Of a stretch of 64,000 bases of DNA, positions 58,366 through 64,000 are shown piece after piece. The first letter of the stretch is position 1. Each line of letters starts with the position of its first letter. The stretch is taken from positions 104,267-168,266 of the IMG/VR virus record IMGVR_UViG_3300040856_003274; one strand, 5' to 3'. A model generated the notes under the pieces. The model was not told where the DNA came from. It was given only the letters and a program-made list of their open reading frames with translations, and did not search any database. The DNA is from a virus. Position numbers and translations under genes: made by a program.

Positions 58366-61116
58366 TTAGAGACAAGAATACAGACAGGTAGACCACACAC
58401 ACCCTGTCTGCTCAATGTGCTCACTGAGATAAGCCTTAATCTTGTCCGAGTCTGAGGTCTTACGCGCTAAGAGCTTGTTGATAAGCATGGCTGAACGGAT
58501 TTGCAAGTCATTAATGTTGCTCAGACAGCGTTTAACGGTTCTCTCATCATATCCGTACATGGAGGACGCGATCTTGCTGAGAGCCTCACTATAGATGTCT
58601 TTATGGCATTGTACGAACGCTTTGACGAACGGGCTACCGCTCTTCTCTGCGTGTGCTCGATAAAACTCTAGGTGCTTATCCCCTTTGCTCTTCTGCTTAG
58701 AGCAAAGAGTCCTACAGTATTTTTTGAGCTGGGATACCGCGAGCTCACAATCCTTTTGGACTTTCTTAGTGTAGCCGTAGCGCCCGCTTGCAGAAGCAAC
58801 CTTAACATTAGGGTTGAGTATGTGTTTTGTGAGCCCCTTACTCACCAAATCATTCCACAGGAAACTTGTGAAAGACTCGAAAGGCTGTTCTAAAATAGGA
58901 TCGTCCTTTCCAAGGTTCCAATACGTCAAGCCCATAACTTTGTCTTTATATTTCCCTATTCCGTAGGGGTTCAAAATGTTAATGTTGACGTAATAACTTT
59001 TAGGGCTACTTTTTATCCTTAGCTCTAAGCTAGTGTTTGGTTTTAGCACAGGGGACTGGATGTGATAAAAATCCGTACTGCCTCCTGATTTTAAATCAGC
59101 CTTCCACAAGTTTTTCTTAGGGGGGTTGCCCCACGCGAGCTCTATTGCTCTCGGTCTACGAGTAAAGACTTCTCTTGTCGTTGCGTAAGGCTCCCTAGAG
59201 GCTACTCTAACTCCAGGCTTAAGTATAGGTGTCCCACCCGTAAGAGGGTGCTGGCTTGCCTCATGTGCTACACCTCGCCATACTTCCTCCATAAAAGTAT
59301 CGAAGGGTAGGTCTAAGTTAGGGTGTTCATCGTCAAGCCGATTAAAATATAAGGTCTTCCCTATCTGATTATTCTTCGTTATGAGACGGACTTCTACTTC
59401 AGAAACAGCTCTGTAAACATGGAACATAATGCTCAAGTCAAGATTTAAGGCAGGAGATTTAACCCTGTAATAAGTCTGGTTTCGAGTCTCATTTTCTTTC
59501 ATTACCTTCCACATATTCTTCTTAGCAGGAGTCCCCCACGCTAACTCGAAAGTCTCAGGTCTTTGCTTAAAGAAGTCTCTTAATGTGTATGAGGGCTGTG
59601 AGGCTACTTTTGTGTTTGGCTTGAATAAGAAGCCGAAAGATTTAACTTTTATCTCTCGGTTAACTACGTCCCACAAATGCTTCATAGCGATATCGAGAGA
59701 CGTATTATAAGTTTCTTTATATAGCTGGGTAGACTTTATATGTCTCCTCGTCATTAAATCATCTCTGTAGCCAACGTATATCCCTATACTGTGCTTATTT
59801 TTGTTTAATGTAATACTGAGAGCAGTAGTTAGTATAGGCGACGTTACTTTATAATCAACTCGGTCTTTACTTCTACCTTCACAAGTAACCTTCCACATAT
59901 TCTTCTTAGCAGGAGTCCCCCAAGCTAACTCAAAAGTGTCAGGTTTGAGCTCCATAAGCTCTCCTAATGTAGAAGGTGACTCTGAAGCTACTCTAACCCC
60001 AGGCTTAAGGACTTTAGTGTGTAAACTGCCTCTAGCCTCCCACAGTATCCTATCCCATGTACCTTCCATCATCTTATCGAAGTCTGCCTCAGGAACGGGA
60101 AAAAATGAGATGAAATGGTCAAAATTATCAGACTTGACGTGAGGTAAGTTTACAGCGACCCTAACGTACTCATTAACCTGCCCAGCCGCATCCTCTTGCT
60201 CGAAGAGAGTGAATGAGATATTTATAGGATTTAAGAGAAAGGGCGAGTTTATAACATACAGTCTCTTATGACCCTGACTTGTATTATTCTCCTTGTATAC
60301 TAGCTCTGTTTTCCACAGGTTAGGCTTAGCAGGTTTACCCCATTTGAGTTTAATCGACCTGTAATCTCTCAAGAACAAGTCTCTTAGCGTAGAAGGAGAC
60401 TCTGAAGCTACCTTAATGTGGCGATCCACTACGTTGAGGGTAGAGGCTTTCTTCTTTGTGCGCTTGCGGCGCTTCTCCTCCATGCTCTTAGCGATGCCTT
60501 TAGCGATGTTAGGGCGCTTAGGGAAGTAAGTGCCTTTATCTTTCTTGCATCGAGGAGAACCTGGGCGCTTAGAGCAGTACCTAGACCACGCAATCGCGTA
60601 AGCCTTACCTTTCTCATTAGAGGGAATATCCTCTGCCGAGCCGTAACCTTTCTGCTCTGCATACTCTTTAACGTAACGGTCTATAGACTTAGGGTTAGGT
60701 TTTCTCTTTTTAGCCTTGGTCTTCTTCTTAGAGGCAACCTTGGTGTTAAAAAACACCGCTTGGTTCGTATTGTTCAAATTAATATTCTCCCACACTCTCA
60801 CCAACGCTTCCTCTAGCGTAACGTATTGAGGTATCTTTAACAATGAAACGAGATTAACACCGTTATCCGTACAGTAAACATCAACTATAACGGGTTGAAC
60901 GCCTGTCCACGCAAACTTCATCATTAAAGACCGATAGCCGTTCTTTACGTTCAGCACAGGGCTTTTGATCTCATAATAGAGAACCCCTCCGTTTAAAGGA
61001 GCGTCTTTCGGAGCTGACGCTAGCTTGCAACTCCACATATTAGGCTTGGGAGGAGTCCCCCAAGGAAGCTCTAGCTTTGGAGGCATTGCCTTTAATATTT
61101 GTGTAATCCCAGCCAT
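58366..61116 (-). CDS. Polyprotein B: five WGxPxKxNxW domains, one basic ChaB-like module and two YGY-x7-C modules, delimited by [KR][VI]AS
   Basis: Boundary motifs at 60730-41, 60403-14, 59983-94, 59599-610, 59197-208, 58792-803, 58564-75; RBS AGGAG. Confidence 0.85.
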   Translation of the reverse strand: MAGITQILKAMPPKLELPWGTPPKPNMWSCKLASAPKDAPLNGGVLYYEIKSPVLNVKNGYRSLMMKFAWTGVQPVIVDVYCTDNGVNLVSLLKIPQYVTLEEALVRVWENINLNNTNQAVFFNTKVASKKKTKAKKRKPNPKSIDRYVKEYAEQKGYGSAEDIPSNEKGKAYAIAWSRYCSKRPGSPRCKKDKGTYFPKRPNIAKGIAKSMEEKRRKRTKKKASTLNVVDRHIKVASESPSTLRDLFLRDYRSIKLKWGKPAKPNLWKTELVYKENNTSQGHKRLYVINSPFLLNPINISFTLFEQEDAAGQVNEYVRVAVNLPHVKSDNFDHFISFFPVPEADFDKMMEGTWDRILWEARGSLHTKVLKPGVRVASESPSTLGELMELKPDTFELAWGTPAKKNMWKVTCEGRSKDRVDYKVTSPILTTALSITLNKNKHSIGIYVGYRDDLMTRRHIKSTQLYKETYNTSLDIAMKHLWDVVNREIKVKSFGFLFKPNTKVASQPSYTLRDFFKQRPETFELAWGTPAKKNMWKVMKENETRNQTYYRVKSPALNLDLSIMFHVYRAVSEVEVRLITKNNQIGKTLYFNRLDDEHPNLDLPFDTFMEEVWRGVAHEASQHPLTGGTPILKPGVRVASREPYATTREVFTRRPRAIELAWGNPPKKNLWKADLKSGGSTDFYHIQSPVLKPNTSLELRIKSSPKSYYVNINILNPYGIGKYKDKVMGLTYWNLGKDDPILEQPFESFTSFLWNDLVSKGLTKHILNPNVKVASASGRYGYTKKVQKDCELAVSQLKKYCRTLCSKQKSKGDKHLEFYRAHAEKSGSPFVKAFVQCHKDIYSEALSKIASSMYGYDERTVKRCLSNINDLQIRSAMLINKLLARKTSDSDKIKAYLSEHIEQTGCVWSTCLYSCL
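59504..59944. repeat. 57-nt direct repeat pair (59504-59560 and 59888-59944)
   Basis: 54/57 identical, first 35 nt identical; encodes P[ED]TFELAWGTPAKKNMWKV. Confidence 0.9.
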
Positions 61117-61169
61117 GTCTTATAACTCCTGTCGGCTAATGTGTTTATCGACAGGAGTTATAAAGACAT
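61115..61169 (-). promoter_or_regulatory. RBS/start-codon-sequestering hairpin upstream of polyprotein B
   Basis: 15-bp perfect inverted repeat ttataactcctgtcg (61120-34) / cgacaggagttataa (61149-63), extendable to 20 bp with one bulge; covers AGGAG and part of ATG; 14-nt loop begins ATAAACAC on minus strand. Confidence 0.75.
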
Positions 61170-61181
61170 CACCAAGTGCGC

Positions 61182-61457
61182 TCAGTCCTCTTCAATCGCA
61201 GGGTACATGAGCTGATGGAGTGAAATATCACATCCTGCCTGCTTTGTAGGTACTGCCATACCGAGCTCAAGAAAACGCTCCGCAAACATCATTCGGATAT
61301 TGCGCACCTCATCGTCGCTCTTGCCCTCATTGAGCAGAGTCTCCTCAAACTCAAAAGAGCAAATAGCGCGGCTTTGGGTGACCAAAGCGGGTACATCGAG
61401 AGACTCAATATATGAGTACCATTGTGACGGCGAGTCAGGCTTTTCTACGAGTGCCAT
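61182..61457 (-). CDS. Hypothetical protein
   Basis: 91 aa, RBS AGGAG. Confidence 0.65.
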   Translation of the reverse strand: MALVEKPDSPSQWYSYIESLDVPALVTQSRAICSFEFEETLLNEGKSDDEVRNIRMMFAERFLELGMAVPTKQAGCDISLHQLMYPAIEED

Positions 61458-61475
61458 AATCTTAATCTCCTGTTA

Positions 61476-63998
61476 TTACTTAAACGACTTGTAGGTTACG
61501 AGGTCAATCACCCCATCAAGTATCTCAGAGTTGTACTTTTGAACCGCCAAACTATTAAAGATTTGGTTGTTCTTGTTCTCCTCTGCGTCACTGATGGTAA
61601 AGCAGTCACCCTCATTACTCAACTTAGACACGAAGTCGTTAATGTTAAGAAGCGCCTCTGAAGGCTCAGGAGCCTCCTCGGTAAGCTCCTCGACGTACTG
61701 GTCAATAGAGAGAGACGCGTTCTTAACCCAAGGGAACATACCAGCCCGCGCCTTATCTTCACAGTCCTTATTCTTCGCGAAGTCAGCGAGGTCTGCTTTA
61801 AGCCAACGGCTCGGATCACCTCTATACTCACTAAGACTCTCAACCATCTTAGCCTCAACAGTTTTACGGCTGAGGTTATCCTCTGAGTCCGTAAGGTCGA
61901 AAGACAAGTCATCGAGAGAAATGTCGTGCTTAACCATTGCACCGCTCTCACCCTTAATCGGAGTACGGATGAGATCGACGTAAGCGTCGAAGTAGTTACC
62001 CTTACCGCGCATGATCGCTTTCAAATCCTTAACAGGAGGCACTTGAGCACAGTGGCGGGCGATGACCTCTCGCACCTTCTGATAAGAAATGTCCTCAGGA
62101 GAGAGCACCTGCATAATCTCGCTCTTCGCCTCACCTGTCTTGTTAAGGAAAGCACTCAAGCCTCCTACAGGGTCGTCTTCGTTGCGGTTCATTGCAGTGA
62201 AAACTTCCTTAGCCTTCTCTGCTCCAGCAGAGGATGACCAACTGAGAACCTTATCTTCACCTTTCTTCCCTTTCATCTTAAGCGCAGGAACACCTGTGAG
62301 CTTAACATTAAGGACATCGCGCCTGTTCGTCTTCTTTGCTTGGAAAACGGTGTTGTATTCCTCAACAACCTGCTCGTCGGTAAAGGCTTTAGGGTCATAG
62401 TCGTAACTATTGCCTGAAGCCTCACTAATCTGAGTGAGGAAGTAATCAACAAGCTCTCTTACATCAGCAGGAGGGTTATTTGCGTTAAGAGACTCATCAA
62501 CCTCTGACTTGAGGGCAAACATCATACCCTCTTGAGTGACTCCCTGTTTCTTATAAACAGACTTACGGAAGCTACCGAAGTTAGCTCTACCGATAGTGGC
62601 GACTCTGCCTGACAAGACACAGTACATAATCGCCTCGTAAGCCTGTCTTAAGATATCAGGGTTACCGCCGAGCTTAGTGTAGTCATAGCTCTCTTTACCG
62701 TCTTTACCTACTTTGACGTTACTTGAGCGCATAGCTTGGACACGGCGGAAAGAGTCTTTCCATCCTGAGATAGTATTCTTAGACAACTGTGAAGAGAACC
62801 CGTAAGAGCAGAGAGCCGCTTTAGCCTCCGTCTTAGGATCACAGTCGATCTTAGTGATACCAAACTTCTCCGCGACGTTAATCTGAGAGATCAGCAGGCG
62901 ATCAAGAGCGCCGTCAGGGATACAGTCGTTATCTTGGAAACGCAGTGAGGCGTTATACATGCCGAGCTTAACATTACCCTCAGCATCCTGATAGCGGTAG
63001 AACACTCGCTCCATAGACCCGAACGGTGAGTTGAAGCCCTTAACATTAACAGACATCATGCCTTCTTCAATGAGAGTCGCGCCCTCAGGGAGCTTGGCGT
63101 TTTGGCGCACCGCGTTAACAGAGTCCTCACCAACCTGAAGGTTGACGTTCACGTCCATACCACCCTTTAGACCGTTAAGACCGCTGAAACCTGACATGTC
63201 AATCAGGTCAGCCGCTGTAGGTACTGAAGGCAGTCCGTCAAGCTGAGCACTAATGTCTACGTTAATCTCAGCTTCTGCGTTCATTAAGTCCGTAGCACTC
63301 TTCTTAGACCCTCCGACAGACACGGTAGCCTCATTAAAGCGCCCCAAGTCTTCAGAGATTCTAAGAGATCGGATCGGCTCAGCGTTAATCGCACGCTGTC
63401 TTTGATCATTATCCTTCAAGCCACTGCTGATAGGCGCAAGTGAACCGATAAACGCTTGGTTTTGAAGAGATAGCGCCTTACCGCCAACCTTCTCTTCAGA
63501 TGAGAAATACTCTTTACCAAGAGGAGCTTCTCCGTCTTCATCGGATTCAGTGAGCTGAGTAGACCCTTGAATAACCTGAGCAAACAGATCGCTGTCTGAC
63601 TGCTCAAGGTACTTGCGGATCGTATCAACAGAAGAAAGGAGCCCGCCAGCGTTGCTGTCAAGCGCCTCGTCCATCTTCTCAGCGAGGTGGCCTTTAATCG
63701 CGACCTCAAGACCCATACGCACAGCATAAGCGGTCTTCTTATCTTCACTTGAACCATCAGCCTCACGGACAGCTTTCGGCATCTCTCCGATATTTGGCAT
63801 CGCGTTGGAGATTTCCTCAAGTGTTCCGCCAGCTTTCTCAATGAGCTTATTAGCTAAGCTGAGCAACTCCTCGTCTGAGAGCTTATCAACCTGCTTGTTT
63901 TGCTCTGAAGCGTCAACGTAATCTTTCTCATTCGCGAAAACGAGATCGACGGTGTACTCTTGGACGCGATCAGGCTGACCTGTACGCCAAGCACGCCC
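61476..63998 (-). CDS. Large protein, 5'-truncated by window edge; contains end of an SF2/SNF2 helicase C-terminal domain
   Basis: Frame stays open from 63866 to the edge and reads GRAWRTGQPDRVQEYTVD (helicase motif VI-like), followed by ~820 aa of unrecognised sequence. Confidence 0.65.
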   Translation of the reverse strand, partial: GRAWRTGQPDRVQEYTVDLVFANEKDYVDASEQNKQVDKLSDEELLSLANKLIEKAGGTLEEISNAMPNIGEMPKAVREADGSSEDKKTAYAVRMGLEVAIKGHLAEKMDEALDSNAGGLLSSVDTIRKYLEQSDSDLFAQVIQGSTQLTESDEDGEAPLGKEYFSSEEKVGGKALSLQNQAFIGSLAPISSGLKDNDQRQRAINAEPIRSLRISEDLGRFNEATVSVGGSKKSATDLMNAEAEINVDISAQLDGLPSVPTAADLIDMSGFSGLNGLKGGMDVNVNLQVGEDSVNAVRQNAKLPEGATLIEEGMMSVNVKGFNSPFGSMERVFYRYQDAEGNVKLGMYNASLRFQDNDCIPDGALDRLLISQINVAEKFGITKIDCDPKTEAKAALCSYGFSSQLSKNTISGWKDSFRRVQAMRSSNVKVGKDGKESYDYTKLGGNPDILRQAYEAIMYCVLSGRVATIGRANFGSFRKSVYKKQGVTQEGMMFALKSEVDESLNANNPPADVRELVDYFLTQISEASGNSYDYDPKAFTDEQVVEEYNTVFQAKKTNRRDVLNVKLTGVPALKMKGKKGEDKVLSWSSSAGAEKAKEVFTAMNRNEDDPVGGLSAFLNKTGEAKSEIMQVLSPEDISYQKVREVIARHCAQVPPVKDLKAIMRGKGNYFDAYVDLIRTPIKGESGAMVKHDISLDDLSFDLTDSEDNLSRKTVEAKMVESLSEYRGDPSRWLKADLADFAKNKDCEDKARAGMFPWVKNASLSIDQYVEELTEEAPEPSEALLNINDFVSKLSNEGDCFTISDAEENKNNQIFNSLAVQKYNSEILDGVIDLVTYKSFK

Positions 63999-64000
63999 AC

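Noticed and set aside
60149-60165. Internal RVAV in a polyprotein B unit as an extra cleavage site
   Set aside because: Lies mid-domain in a predicted strand and lacks the small polar residue after Ala
56012-61116. CRISPR array or diversity-generating retroelement
   Set aside because: Repeats are in-frame, ~360-420 nt apart and differ mostly at synonymous sites; no cas or reverse transcriptase gene and no adenine-specific TR/VR pattern
1-64000. Alternative genetic code (stop reassignment)
   Set aside because: Standard code gives dense, long, tightly coupled ORFs; TAA, TGA and TAG all end genes, and MTase breaks are not single in-frame stops

Overview
64 kb of a large (jumbo-like) myovirus-type phage genome, densely coding, standard genetic code, with no rRNA, tRNA, CRISPR array or IS element visible. 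Four modules: (1) 1-24.7 kb, minus strand: HTH-metallophosphoesterase, tail tube, two paralogous tail chaperone-like genes, tape measure, two tube-initiator-like paralogs, baseplate hub, central spike, a small accessory protein and a giant (>2,500 aa) structural ORF that runs off the left edge and is absent from the ORF track; (2) 24.8-46.8 kb, plus strand: gp25-like, baseplate J-like, wedge, collar-like and large fibre/baseplate proteins; (3) 46.9-55.4 kb, plus strand: SNF2 helicase, degenerate DnaC-like loader, DnaB, stand-alone primase Zn finger, DUF3310, dCMP deaminase and a beta-class DNA methyltransferase split over three non-adjacent ORFs; (4) 55.4-64 kb, the most unusual part: a C39-like cysteine peptidase followed by two convergent polyprotein genes carrying 11 diverged copies of an unrecognised ~121-140 aa domain (WGxPxKxNxW...SPxL...W), with every module boundary marked by a [KR]-[VI]-A-S motif that looks like a protease site, then a partial large protein with an SF2 helicase motif VI. 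Both transcription units leading into this array start with an RBS-sequestering hairpin with AAACAC in the loop. All product calls come from motif recognition and gene order by eye; no database searches were run.
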